Below are positions 51,208 to 61,248 of a DNA stretch of 64,000 bases, piece by piece. A program made the position numbers and the translations under genes. The DNA is from an uncultured Bacteroidota bacterium. Lineage in GTDB: Bacteria > Bacteroidota > Rhodothermia > Rhodothermales > DASSAV01. Each line of letters begins with the position of its first letter. Position 1 is the first letter of the stretch. The stretch is taken from assembly GCA_963790965.1 (NCBI GenBank), contig CAWBQO010000004.1:1512-65511 (forward strand). The letters run 5' to 3'. The notes under the pieces were generated by a model. The model worked only from the letters and a program-made list of their open reading frames with translations, had not been told where the DNA came from and made no database searches.

Positions 51208-51229
51208 TCCTTTCCCTCGCCCTTTCCCT

Positions 51230-54019
51230 ATGCGGTATCAGCGCCTCTTCCTGCTCCTGCTCCTGAGCGGCTTTGCATTTCCGGCTTCCCTCGTTCATGC
51301 GCAAAGCAAGGGGAAAATCTCAGGTAACGTCATCGACGACTTTGGCGCGCCTCTGCCGGGCGTTCAGGTCGTCATTGAAGGCACCCAGCGCGGCACGGTC
51401 ACGGCCGCCGATGGGTTCTACCAGATCGTTAGCGTAGATCCGGGTACCTACGCCCTGAACTTCCGCTTTATCGGCTTCGCCGACCTGACCGTGACCGGCG
51501 TCCAGGTCGTTCCCGACCAGACGACCACTATCGACGCCACCATGCGCGAGGAAGTCGTGCAGGGCGAAGAGGTCGTCGTTGTGGCGCAGCGGCCTATCGT
51601 GCAGAAGGACCGCACGACGACAACGGCCTACGTGGACGAAGAGCAGATCGAAGCGCTGCCCGTCACGTCCCTTTCAGAAATTATCAACCTCCAGGCGGGC
51701 GTCGTCGACGGGCACTTCCGTGGCGGCCGCACAAACGAGGTTTCCTACGTCGTTAACGGCGTACCGATCAACAATCCGTACACGAACACGGCGGGCTTCG
51801 AGATCGAGCAGAACATGGTGTCCTCGCTCGAAGTCATCACCGGCGTCTTCAATGCCGAGTACGGCCAGGCCACGTCCGGTGTCGTGAACATCGAGACGAA
51901 GGGCGCTCCCTCGAAGTGGTCCGGCTCGGCGCTCGTTTTTGCGCGCGCCCTTGCCAGCGGCCGCAAGATGGACTTTCTGGACCGCACGGCCCCGGCCGGC
52001 TCTGCGCTCGCCTACTCGGATTTCGAGACGAAGTCCTACTCCTTCATGGATCTTGCGGGCGGCCCTACCCGCACCGAGGCAAACGTAAGTCTCGGCGGAC
52101 CGCTCTACCGCAACCGCCTCGGCATCAACGTCAACGCGCGCTACATCGACGACCAGGGCTACTTCTTCGGTCGCGATCTCTTCAAGCCGGGCGACTATTC
52201 CGCGTTCATCATCAACCGGCCGCCGCGAGGCTACGCCGATCCGGAGAATCCGCAAGCTGACTACATCATCGAGTCCACCGGAAGCGGCGACTTTGTAAGC
52301 ATGGCCTCGTCCAAGCGCCTTTCGCTGAATACCGCAGTCGCGCTGGATGTCTCGTCCCGCCTGAAGCTCGATTACAACCTGTTTCTGCAGGACAACGAGT
52401 GGCTCGGCTTCAGCCACGCGCGCAAGTACGCTCCGGACGGGCGCAACAAGAACTACTCGAACAACATGACCCATATCGCCGGCCTGCGGTATGTGGCGAC
52501 CCCGACTACCTTTGTCGATATTTCTTACGCCTATCAGCAGGACGATTACGAGTCCTACCTCTACCAGGACCCGCTCGATGCGCGGCTCGTCCCGGGAACG
52601 TTCGACTCGCAGACGGGGCAGTACGCCTTCATGATCGGCGGCAATGAGCGCTATCAGGCGGCAAACACGACTTCTTCGCACAGCATCGTGGCCAGCGTGT
52701 CGTCGCAGCTCAACCGTATTCACCAGGTCAAGACGGGCGTTCAGGCGCGGTTCTATAGCCTCGACAACGACGCCTTCCCGATCGAGCACACGGTGTCCGA
52801 CATCGATGCCGTAACGTCGCGCCCGCTTGCGTGGGTAACGTCCATCCCGGCCGTGGGCGACTGGCGGCGCAACACGCTGAATGTCAGCCCGCGCGAGTTC
52901 TCGGCCTACATTCAAGATAAGATCGAGCTGCAGCACCTGATCATCAACGCCGGACTGCGCTTCGACCGCTTCGACGCGCGCTACGATGTCCCATTGAACT
53001 GGTCGAATCCCGAACCGCTCTACCTTCCGAGTCTCGATGTGGTGGGGGATTCCGTCTACAACCGCACGCCGGCGAAGGCCAAGTACCAGCTCAGCCCGCG
53101 TATCGGTGTGGCCTTCCCGATCTCGGCCAACGGCGTGATTCGCTTTTCCTACGGCATGTTCTTCCAGGTGCCGAACTACCAGGACATCTTCTCGAATCCG
53201 AACTACATCATCAACCGCGCCTCGTCAACGACCGGCCTCGGCAACCCGGACATCGAACCGCAAAGCACCTCCACGTTTGAAGTGGGCCTGCAGCAGGGCC
53301 TGACGGACGCGCTCGGCGTCGAGCTGACGCTCTACAGCCGCGACGTGCGCGAGCTGCTTTACAACGAGATCGAACAGACCACTACCGGCGACTTCATCGT
53401 CCGCTCGGTCAACAAGAACTACGGCACCGTGCGCGGCTTTACGCTCGCCTTCTTCCAGCGCCAGGCCGGTCCGCTTGCGTGGACGCTCGACTACACGTTG
53501 CAGTTTGCCGACGGATCGTTCGCGCTTTCCGGCGACCAGTTCTTGCGCGTGCGCCGGGGCCTCGACGAGACCTACTCGCTGGCCCGCCTGACGTGGGACC
53601 GCCGCCACGTGGCCAACGCCACCATAACGCTCTCGCCCAACAAGGACCTTCGCGCAACGCTCATCAACCGGTTCCAGACCGGGCAGCCGTACACGAGCGT
53701 GCGTTCGAGCGTCATGTCGAACATCCCGAACAACGTGGACTCTCCGGCCTACTTCACGAGCGACCTGCGCGTCTACTACAAACCGTTCTTCATTCCGTTT
53801 GACGGCGCGCAGCTCTTCCTGCAGGTCGACAACATCTTCGACACGCAGGTGCAACAGGCGGTTTACGCCGACTCCGGCACGGCCACCGAGACGCCGACGA
53901 TGGAGCGCGTGCGCGACACGCCGATTCAGGGCCTGAACACCATCGACGAGTACTTCTGGCAGCAGGGGTTCTTCGGTTCACCACGACAGATTGCCCTCGG
54001 ACTCAACTTCCGCTTTTAG
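51230..54019 (+). CDS. TonB-dependent transporter (non-SusC type)
   Basis: GKISG.V.D..G.PLPGV.V; HFRGGR.NEV.Y.VNG.PI; LEVITGVFNAEYGQATSGVVNI; INAGLRFD; SPRIGVAFPI; C-terminal PRQIALGLNFRF. Confidence 0.92.
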   Translation: MRYQRLFLLLLLSGFAFPASLVHAQSKGKISGNVIDDFGAPLPGVQVVIEGTQRGTVTAADGFYQIVSVDPGTYALNFRFIGFADLTVTGVQVVPDQTTTIDATMREEVVQGEEVVVVAQRPIVQKDRTTTTAYVDEEQIEALPVTSLSEIINLQAGVVDGHFRGGRTNEVSYVVNGVPINNPYTNTAGFEIEQNMVSSLEVITGVFNAEYGQATSGVVNIETKGAPSKWSGSALVFARALASGRKMDFLDRTAPAGSALAYSDFETKSYSFMDLAGGPTRTEANVSLGGPLYRNRLGINVNARYIDDQGYFFGRDLFKPGDYSAFIINRPPRGYADPENPQADYIIESTGSGDFVSMASSKRLSLNTAVALDVSSRLKLDYNLFLQDNEWLGFSHARKYAPDGRNKNYSNNMTHIAGLRYVATPTTFVDISYAYQQDDYESYLYQDPLDARLVPGTFDSQTGQYAFMIGGNERYQAANTTSSHSIVASVSSQLNRIHQVKTGVQARFYSLDNDAFPIEHTVSDIDAVTSRPLAWVTSIPAVGDWRRNTLNVSPREFSAYIQDKIELQHLIINAGLRFDRFDARYDVPLNWSNPEPLYLPSLDVVGDSVYNRTPAKAKYQLSPRIGVAFPISANGVIRFSYGMFFQVPNYQDIFSNPNYIINRASSTTGLGNPDIEPQSTSTFEVGLQQGLTDALGVELTLYSRDVRELLYNEIEQTTTGDFIVRSVNKNYGTVRGFTLAFFQRQAGPLAWTLDYTLQFADGSFALSGDQFLRVRRGLDETYSLARLTWDRRHVANATITLSPNKDLRATLINRFQTGQPYTSVRSSVMSNIPNNVDSPAYFTSDLRVYYKPFFIPFDGAQLFLQVDNIFDTQVQQAVYADSGTATETPTMERVRDTPIQGLNTIDEYFWQQGFFGSPRQIALGLNFRF

Positions 54020-54038
54020 TTAGTACAGCACGCGAGAC

Positions 54039-57000
54039 ATGAACCTACGGCTGAAACTCCTTCTTTTGCTGGTACTCCTGCCGGCCGCTGCGCTCCGCAG
54101 CAACGCCCAGATTGCCAGCATTCCTCCCGAGTACCGGGGCACGATCGACCGCGTGGCCCGAGGGGTTCTCGATGGCAACCTGATCGAAACCAACTTTCGT
54201 AATCATGGCGAGCTTTCCCGCTGGAGCGATTCGCCGTGGGGCGTCTGGCCGCGTGGAACCGGCAACCGCCACATCGACGGCGTGGCGCTCATGGTCGCGG
54301 GGCGCGTTCCGGCCAACCGGCTGGACTATCCGGGGCTGTTCCCGAACGCCCGCACCGATACGACGGTCAACCCGGTCATTTTGAACTACCGCGACAACGG
54401 CAAGACGGTCGGCGCGCGGGACGGCCTTCTCTACGGCTGGCTTCCGCTTCCGGGCTTCCACAATCCCATTCGCCGCGACGCGGTCACGGGCCGCAACGAG
54501 CCGCAGCCGGCGCAAAGCGACGATCCGACCACATGGCCTGCCTTCTGGCCCGACCGCTTAAACTACTCGGACGATCCCGGCTGGGCGGGCAAGTGGAATG
54601 GCCTTTTCGGCAAGGGCGTCTTCAACGCGGACCTCGAAGCGTACTACGTGATGGATGACCATCAAGACTACGAGTACCGCATCGACCCCGAGACCGGGTT
54701 GAACAACAGCCCGTACGGCGTCTTCTATCCCGATCCGCAGGATTCCACCATGGGCGGCCTCGGGCTGCGCGTCGGCGTGCGCCTGTTGCAGTGGGCGAAC
54801 ATCCTGGCCGAGGACGTCATGTTCCTCCTCTATGAAGTGAACAACGACGGACGGGTGAATCACGACTCGCTCTACTTCACCAACCTGATTGACTACGGCT
54901 TCGGCGAGCAGGAAAACGACGGTATCGCCGCCTTCGACCCGCAGCTCGACATCGCTTACGGATGGGACAGGAGTGGCACGGGCGTGAAAACGAACGGTGA
55001 GGTCTACAAGATCGGGTACACCGGGTTTGCGTTCCTCGAAAGCCCCGCCTACCGCGACGACGGGATGGACAATGACGAGGACGGCATCGTCGACGAAGAC
55101 CGGTTCTCGGGGCCTGGAATGCTCATCGAAGGACGAGACGCGATTCTCGCCTACGTGCAGGGCAATTACGACGTGGCGCTTTTCGAGCAGACGTTTGGTC
55201 CCGTTACCGAAACCGCCGCCTATCAACAAGGCTACTGGTGGACGGGCGACGAGAACATGAACTGGCGTGGTTTTCTCGACGAGAACAACAACGGCCGCCA
55301 CGATGAGGGCGAACTGCTCTTCAACGATACCGGGCGCGACGGCCTCGGCCCGAACGACCTCGGGTACGTCGATCCGGACGAAGGCGAAGCCAACGGCCGT
55401 CCCGACGCGGGAGAGCCGAACTTCGACCGGCTGGACATCCCCGAATCGGATCAGATCGGACTCACGGGATTCGACCTCAACACCCGTCCCTTCTACGAAA
55501 ACGGCAATAACCTGAAGACGGACACGTGGCTCTGGGATCGCGTGCTGTTCTCGCAGTTTCCGCTGGGCACCAAACCCGAGCAGCGCATTGCCGACGTGGA
55601 ACCGTTCCTGCTCTTTACCTCCGGGCCGGTTCGCCTTGCGCCGGGGCAGACGGACTTCTTCTCGCTGGCGTGGGTGTTCGGTGCCAACCGGGACGACTTC
55701 TACAAGAATCGGCGGACGGTGCAGAACATCTACGACGCAAACTACAACTTTGCGCAGCCGCCGTTCATCCCGACGCTGACGGCGGTGCCGGGCGACGGGG
55801 AAGTGCTGCTTGGCTGGGACCAGGTCGCGTTGCTGAGCTTCGACCGCTTTACCCAGGAGTTCGATTTCGAGGGCTTCAAGCTTTACAAGGGCACCGACCC
55901 GCTCCTGATGGAATCCCGCATCATCTCCGACGCCAACGGCACCCCGACGTTCAACAAGCCCATCGCTCAGTGGGACCTCAACGACGGCATCCGTGGCACC
56001 ATCCCGGTGCTGGACAATACTTCGGTCTATAATCTCGGCACTGACAACGGTCTCCAGTTCTTCTATGTCGACAAGGACGTGAAGAACGGCGTGCGGTACT
56101 ACTACGCGCTCGTCGCGTACGATCAGGGAGTTATGGACTCGCTCGGTAACGTCATCATCGATCCGCAAGAGAACGTGTTCAACTTCTCCGTGGACGAGTT
56201 CTCGAACTCGCTCGGCAAGTCCAAGAACGCGCAGGTTGTTGTGCCGCAGTTCCGGACGGCCGGGTACGTCAACAGCAGCACGGATCAGGACCTCTCGCGC
56301 GTTACCACGGGCGATGGCACCGGCTCCATCGATGTGCGCGTCGTGATCGACGAGGAGGCGAAGTACGACAACGTCTACGAGATCACGTTCTTCGACTCGA
56401 CGCTGGACGCGCAGACGGGCGAATACCTGACGCGCTCCTACATGGTGACCGATGTTACGGAAGGGACGGTCGTCCTGCCCCGCACGCCGATGTCTGCCTC
56501 AACGCCGCTCGTCGACGGCTTCTTCATCGAGATGTTTAACGATGAGCTTATCGAACCGTTTGCCGACCGGACGGGCTGGGTAAAGGGCCAGGGCACGCCC
56601 GACGTGCAGTATGCGCAGAATGCCGCTGAGCTTAGCGATTACGGGACCGACTGGCGCGTCCAGGTGACGAAGGGGCAGGACGCGGACGTGTGGCTCTACA
56701 CGCCGGACGACTACGAGCTGCGCTTCAGCAACAACAACGTCTACTTCCCGCCGCGCTTCTTTCGTCCGGGTCTAATCCGCGATTCGATCAATGTCGAGGC
56801 GTGGAACGTCTCGAAAAATCGCCGGGCGGAACTGCTGGTTCGCGACATCAACGACAGCAAGGACTTCGACGCGGGCGACGAACTGATCATTGCCGAGCGA
56901 ATCGGCGGCGGTGCCACCGGGACGCTCTACTACCGCTGGGCGGTGCGCTTCCTGGCGCCGAGCGGCGCAGGCGACGCGCCGGGCGCGGGCAACGTGGTCC

Positions 57001-57407
57001 GCATCAGCAATCGCAAGCCGTTCCGCACGGGCGACACGTTCCGGTTCGAACTTGGCTCAGGCTATGTCGATAACGACCTGGCCCGGGCGGAAATGGACCG
57101 CATCGGCGTGGTACCGAACCCGTACATCGCCACGAGTGAACTCGAGCTTAGGACGACCTCACAGGCGCGCGGCGACCGAAAGATCATGTTCATCGGTCTC
57201 CCGCAGCGATGTACTATCCGCATCTATAACCTTCGCGGCGAGCTAATCCGGCAACTCGAACACAATTCCGCCGGCAGTGACGGCATGGAGGAGTGGGACC
57301 TGCGCACGCGCGATAACCAGGATGTGGCTTACGGCGTGTATATCTACCATGTAGAGGCTCCCGACCTCGGCGAAGAAAAAACCGGCAAGCTGGCCCTTAT
57401 CAAGTAG
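54039..57407 (+). CDS. large secreted hypothetical protein with DxDxDG Ca-binding motifs, FN3-like region and variant (FlgD-Ig-like) CTD
   Basis: Signal ...SNA-Q; DGMDNDEDGIVDE, DENNNGRHDEGE, GRPDAGEPNFD; C-terminus VVPNPY...IRIYNLRGELIR...WDL...VAYGVYIYHV...KLALIK. Confidence 0.8.
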   Translation: MNLRLKLLLLLVLLPAAALRSNAQIASIPPEYRGTIDRVARGVLDGNLIETNFRNHGELSRWSDSPWGVWPRGTGNRHIDGVALMVAGRVPANRLDYPGLFPNARTDTTVNPVILNYRDNGKTVGARDGLLYGWLPLPGFHNPIRRDAVTGRNEPQPAQSDDPTTWPAFWPDRLNYSDDPGWAGKWNGLFGKGVFNADLEAYYVMDDHQDYEYRIDPETGLNNSPYGVFYPDPQDSTMGGLGLRVGVRLLQWANILAEDVMFLLYEVNNDGRVNHDSLYFTNLIDYGFGEQENDGIAAFDPQLDIAYGWDRSGTGVKTNGEVYKIGYTGFAFLESPAYRDDGMDNDEDGIVDEDRFSGPGMLIEGRDAILAYVQGNYDVALFEQTFGPVTETAAYQQGYWWTGDENMNWRGFLDENNNGRHDEGELLFNDTGRDGLGPNDLGYVDPDEGEANGRPDAGEPNFDRLDIPESDQIGLTGFDLNTRPFYENGNNLKTDTWLWDRVLFSQFPLGTKPEQRIADVEPFLLFTSGPVRLAPGQTDFFSLAWVFGANRDDFYKNRRTVQNIYDANYNFAQPPFIPTLTAVPGDGEVLLGWDQVALLSFDRFTQEFDFEGFKLYKGTDPLLMESRIISDANGTPTFNKPIAQWDLNDGIRGTIPVLDNTSVYNLGTDNGLQFFYVDKDVKNGVRYYYALVAYDQGVMDSLGNVIIDPQENVFNFSVDEFSNSLGKSKNAQVVVPQFRTAGYVNSSTDQDLSRVTTGDGTGSIDVRVVIDEEAKYDNVYEITFFDSTLDAQTGEYLTRSYMVTDVTEGTVVLPRTPMSASTPLVDGFFIEMFNDELIEPFADRTGWVKGQGTPDVQYAQNAAELSDYGTDWRVQVTKGQDADVWLYTPDDYELRFSNNNVYFPPRFFRPGLIRDSINVEAWNVSKNRRAELLVRDINDSKDFDAGDELIIAERIGGGATGTLYYRWAVRFLAPSGAGDAPGAGNVVRISNRKPFRTGDTFRFELGSGYVDNDLARAEMDRIGVVPNPYIATSELELRTTSQARGDRKIMFIGLPQRCTIRIYNLRGELIRQLEHNSAGSDGMEEWDLRTRDNQDVAYGVYIYHVEAPDLGEEKTGKLALIK

Positions 57408-57418
57408 GTTGTACCCCC

Positions 57419-58465
57419 ATGCAGCATAGATACCTTCCTCTCTGGGCCTTCGCGCTCGCCTGTTTGCTCCTCGTGCCGGACGCTGCGCTCGCGCAGCGCA
57501 AGGTCGGCACAACCGCCGCCCCGTTCCTTTCGCTTGGAACGGGAGCACGCGGCAGCGCCCTCGGCGACGCTTACGTGGCGAGCGCACGCGGCGCGGACGC
57601 GCTCTTCTGGAACCCCGCCGGCATGGCGATTCCCCAGGAGGGCAATCCGTTCGCCTCGCTGTTCTTCACCAACTACCAGTGGGTGGCGGACATCTCGTAC
57701 AACGCCGTCGCGTTTACGCTGCCCGTCATGGCCAACCGCCTGATAGGCGTCTCCTTCGGCGCGGTCGACTACGGCACGATGGACGTGACGAACATCGACA
57801 ACCCGTACGGCACCGGCGAGCGCTTCGGTGCCACGGACATGATGGTGGGCCTATCGTACGCGCAGCCGCTTACCGAACGCTTCTACATCGGCGGCACGGC
57901 CAAGTACATCTCGCAGAAGATCTGGGACATGCGGGCCAGCACCGTTGCGCTCGACATCGGCTTCGTGCTCATCACGCCGTACATCAACGGTCTGCGCCTC
58001 GCGGCTTCCATGCAGAACTTCGGCGGCCGCATGAGCCTCGACGGAATCAACACGGAGATCTTTGTGGACCCCATTCCCGGCAACGCGGGCAGCAGCGAGA
58101 ATATTCCCGTTCGCTACCGCCTCGACACGTGGAGCCTGCCGCTCTCGTTCAAGTTCGGCGTTGCGGTGCCCGTCGTGAACACGAACTTCGTGCGCTGGGA
58201 AGTGATGGCGGAGTCGCAGCAGACGAACGACCAGTATTTGAACGCCGATCTCGGATCGGAGCTGCGGTTCATGCTTGGAAACACATCGTTTAACCTTCGT
58301 GGCGGATACCGCGACTTCCCGCTCGACGAGATTGCCGCGCATGCCTCCTATGGCTTTGGCATCGAGACGGGGCTTGATCCGGTGCGCGTCGGCTTTGACG
58401 TGGCCCGCGTACCGTTTGAGTACCTGGGCAACACGACCCTGATCGACCTGCGGCTGTACTTTTAG
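57419..58465 (+). CDS. PorV/PorQ-family (UPF0164, FadL-like) outer-membrane beta-barrel
   Basis: KVGTTAAPFL.LG.GARG.ALG.A, ALFWNPAG, alternating beta-strand pattern, terminal Phe. Confidence 0.87.
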   Translation: MQHRYLPLWAFALACLLLVPDAALAQRKVGTTAAPFLSLGTGARGSALGDAYVASARGADALFWNPAGMAIPQEGNPFASLFFTNYQWVADISYNAVAFTLPVMANRLIGVSFGAVDYGTMDVTNIDNPYGTGERFGATDMMVGLSYAQPLTERFYIGGTAKYISQKIWDMRASTVALDIGFVLITPYINGLRLAASMQNFGGRMSLDGINTEIFVDPIPGNAGSSENIPVRYRLDTWSLPLSFKFGVAVPVVNTNFVRWEVMAESQQTNDQYLNADLGSELRFMLGNTSFNLRGGYRDFPLDEIAAHASYGFGIETGLDPVRVGFDVARVPFEYLGNTTLIDLRLYF

Positions 58466-58589
58466 CTCTTTGCCGCCTCACGAAACGCCGGAACGGTGGC
58501 GGAGGGAACGGGTAAGCGACGTAAACCTTTGTGTTTACCGGCTATACCGGCTCCTTCTCCCTGTTCTTGTCCCCTCCGGCACCTGACGC

Positions 58590-60272
58590 ATGTTTCGTAT
58601 CTACAGATGTACCTACGCGCTGCGTTTGTTTCTCGCGGCCGTCCTGTTCTCGGTAAGCCTGACGGCCGTGGCAGGCTGCCACAAGCAGCCGGTCTACCCG
58701 TTCGATGAAGGAGCCGTTATTGCAAAGGTTAACGGCTTCGAGATCAGCCGAGAGTTCTACGAGCGCTCGTACGTCCAGCACCTGCTCGCGACGGGTGCCA
58801 ACGACGACTCGCTGCAGCGCTACCTACACCTCGAGAACCTGATCGATCAGGTGTTGCTCGCGCGCGAAGCCGAGCGGCGCGGGTACGAAGACGCGACGTA
58901 CCACCAGTTTGCCCGGATGCAGCAAGACCTTGCACTGAACGACCTCTACTTCTACGCGCACTTCATAGATACGAGCCGCGCGGTGTCGGAGGCCGAATCG
59001 CGGGTTGCCTATGCGCGGACGCAGGAGCAGCGGTACGTCAGTCAGCTTTTCTTCACCTCGAAGGAGGACGCCGACCGCTACTTCAGGCGGCTGCAGGAGG
59101 GCGAGTCGTTTCTTGACCTCGCGAACGAGCGATATGGAATGGCGGCCTACGATTCGTCGGCGGGATCGCTCGGCAAAGTGGAGTATTTCGACCTCGACGA
59201 TGCCTTTGCCGAGGCGGCATGGGCGTTGGAGCCGGGGGCGTACTCGGAGCCGATCCGGACGCGGCAAGGATATAGCATCATTCGTGTGGATCATGTCGCC
59301 CGGAACCCGCTGCTTACTGAGCACGGTTTTGGGCAGAAGAAAGAGAAGGTGACCTACCTTGCCGGGCAGCGCCGGATGAACCTCGAAGGGGACGCCTTCA
59401 TCCGCAGCGAAATGGAGCGGCTGGGAGTCGAGACCCATGCGGCCAGCATCGAGCAGGTCTACTGGGGCCTTGTTGCCCTCGCGCAGAGTCGTTCTCCGGA
59501 GCGCCGCGTGCCGGTGTCGCTCGTGGAAAGTGAGGTGGCTCCGCTTCGTAGCCGCCTTACGCCCGAGACGCCGCTCGTGACCTACAAACTCGACGGCGAG
59601 ACGCGCACCTTTACCGCACAGGATTATCTCGACTGGCTTCCGTACCTGCCGTTCGAAGAAGCGCTCAACCGCACGATTCCGTCTGTAGGGCGCGCCCTTC
59701 GGTACAGCGTGTTTGCTGAATGGGCGCGGCGAGAGGGACTTGGCGCCGAGCCGTGGCTCGTCTTTAACGAGCAGTATGATCGCGTTTTCAATCTTTCGGC
59801 GCGGATGCTCGACAGCTTGAGGACGGGCGCGGTCAACGCGCCGATCCCGGACTCTGTGCGCCGAACCATAGCTGCGTCGTCGGGTGGTCGAACGCTGGCC
59901 AACTTCTGGATCGTGCGCGTAAGCAGCCTTGATCTTGCCAACCAGTACGCCTTTGCCGTGCGCGAGGGACTTAGCAAGCCTTCCGATTACATCAAGTTCA
60001 GCGCGTTTACCGAAACCGATGTTCAGAGCTTACCTGCGTTGGCCGGGCCGCTAAAGGGCGCGGCGCTCGGCGAGGTGGAGGTCGCCGGCACGCCCGATTC
60101 GTGGTACGTGTTTCAGGTGAACGCTCGCCGTACGGTTCCGGAAGACGGCGCTATGTCGGCGGCGGAAACGGCGGCGCGGTACAACACTTTTCGGCTCTTG
60201 AGCGACTTGCGCGCCGAGGCCACGATCTCCGTCGACACCACCGCTTTTAATCAACTGCTGCCGCAGGAGTGA
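58590..60272 (+). CDS. SurA/PpiC-type peptidyl-prolyl isomerase, probable lipoprotein
   Basis: Lipobox VAGC; IAKVNG.EI, LENLIDQVLL, GESF.DLA, FAEAAW.L.PG.YSEPIRT..GY.IIRV. Confidence 0.78.
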   Translation: MFRIYRCTYALRLFLAAVLFSVSLTAVAGCHKQPVYPFDEGAVIAKVNGFEISREFYERSYVQHLLATGANDDSLQRYLHLENLIDQVLLAREAERRGYEDATYHQFARMQQDLALNDLYFYAHFIDTSRAVSEAESRVAYARTQEQRYVSQLFFTSKEDADRYFRRLQEGESFLDLANERYGMAAYDSSAGSLGKVEYFDLDDAFAEAAWALEPGAYSEPIRTRQGYSIIRVDHVARNPLLTEHGFGQKKEKVTYLAGQRRMNLEGDAFIRSEMERLGVETHAASIEQVYWGLVALAQSRSPERRVPVSLVESEVAPLRSRLTPETPLVTYKLDGETRTFTAQDYLDWLPYLPFEEALNRTIPSVGRALRYSVFAEWARREGLGAEPWLVFNEQYDRVFNLSARMLDSLRTGAVNAPIPDSVRRTIAASSGGRTLANFWIVRVSSLDLANQYAFAVREGLSKPSDYIKFSAFTETDVQSLPALAGPLKGAALGEVEVAGTPDSWYVFQVNARRTVPEDGAMSAAETAARYNTFRLLSDLRAEATISVDTTAFNQLLPQE

Positions 60273-60330
60273 CCCGGCGGCTCTGCGATGAGGGGAGATA
60301 GGGACCCATCGCTAAAACAGCAATATCAAC

Positions 60331-61185
60331 ATGCGCCACCTACGCGGCTTCTCCGCCTCATTCGTGCTTATTCTTTCTGCCGCACTCGCGCTCTCTGCAG
60401 CCGGCTGCGACAGCGCCTCACCTGCGGACACCGCCGACGTGCCCGACCTTCCCGGCTGGACGCTCGTCTGGAACGACGAGTTTAACGGCGAGGGTGTGCC
60501 CAACGCGGCTGATTGGACCTACGACACGGGAAACAGCGGTTTCGGCAACAACGAATTGCAGACCTACTACGCCAACAACACCGAGACGGCCCGGATGGAG
60601 GGCGGCAATCTGGTCATCACCACCTCTCTTGTCGAGCGGCCAAACTACAAGGAATACCGTTCAGCGCGGCTAAAGACGGCCGGCAAGCACGCCTGGAAGT
60701 ACGGCAGGATCGAGGTGCGGGCGCAGCTTCCCTCCGGCACCGGCACCTGGCCCGCGATCTGGATGCTTTCGCAGGACGGCGCTTACGGCGGCTGGCCGCG
60801 CAGCGGCGAGATCGACATCATGGAGCACGTGGGCTACGAACCGAACGTCGTCCATGGGACCGTTCACACGCAGTCGTTCAACCATATTCAAGGAACGCAG
60901 AAGGGCGACCAGCTCAGCGTTCCGACCGCCACGACGGGCTTCCACACGTACGCCATCGAGTGGTTTGAGGACCGGATAGACTTCTTCGTGGACGACGAAA
61001 AATACTTCACGTTCAACAATACGGGTAACGGATCCAATGATTGGCCGTTCGACCAGCCGTTCTTCCTCGTGCTGAATACTGCCGTCGGTGGTAATTGGGG
61101 CGGGCAGCGTGGCGTGGATGACAAAGCCTTTCCAACGCAGATGCTCGTAGACTACGTCCGCGTGTACGAAAAGGTGGGAGGCTGA
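60331..61185 (+). CDS. GH16 beta-1,3-glucanase (laminarinase), lipoprotein
   Basis: Lipobox AAGC; LVWNDEF, GNNELQ, YGRIE, WPAIWML, catalytic GEIDIME, PFDQPFFLVLN. Confidence 0.92.
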   Translation: MRHLRGFSASFVLILSAALALSAAGCDSASPADTADVPDLPGWTLVWNDEFNGEGVPNAADWTYDTGNSGFGNNELQTYYANNTETARMEGGNLVITTSLVERPNYKEYRSARLKTAGKHAWKYGRIEVRAQLPSGTGTWPAIWMLSQDGAYGGWPRSGEIDIMEHVGYEPNVVHGTVHTQSFNHIQGTQKGDQLSVPTATTGFHTYAIEWFEDRIDFFVDDEKYFTFNNTGNGSNDWPFDQPFFLVLNTAVGGNWGGQRGVDDKAFPTQMLVDYVRVYEKVGG

Positions 61186-61248
61186 TACGCCCGGTCCTTC
61201 GTGTCCGCGTCGCTTGACTCCTTGCTGTCATACCGCTCAATTACCTGC

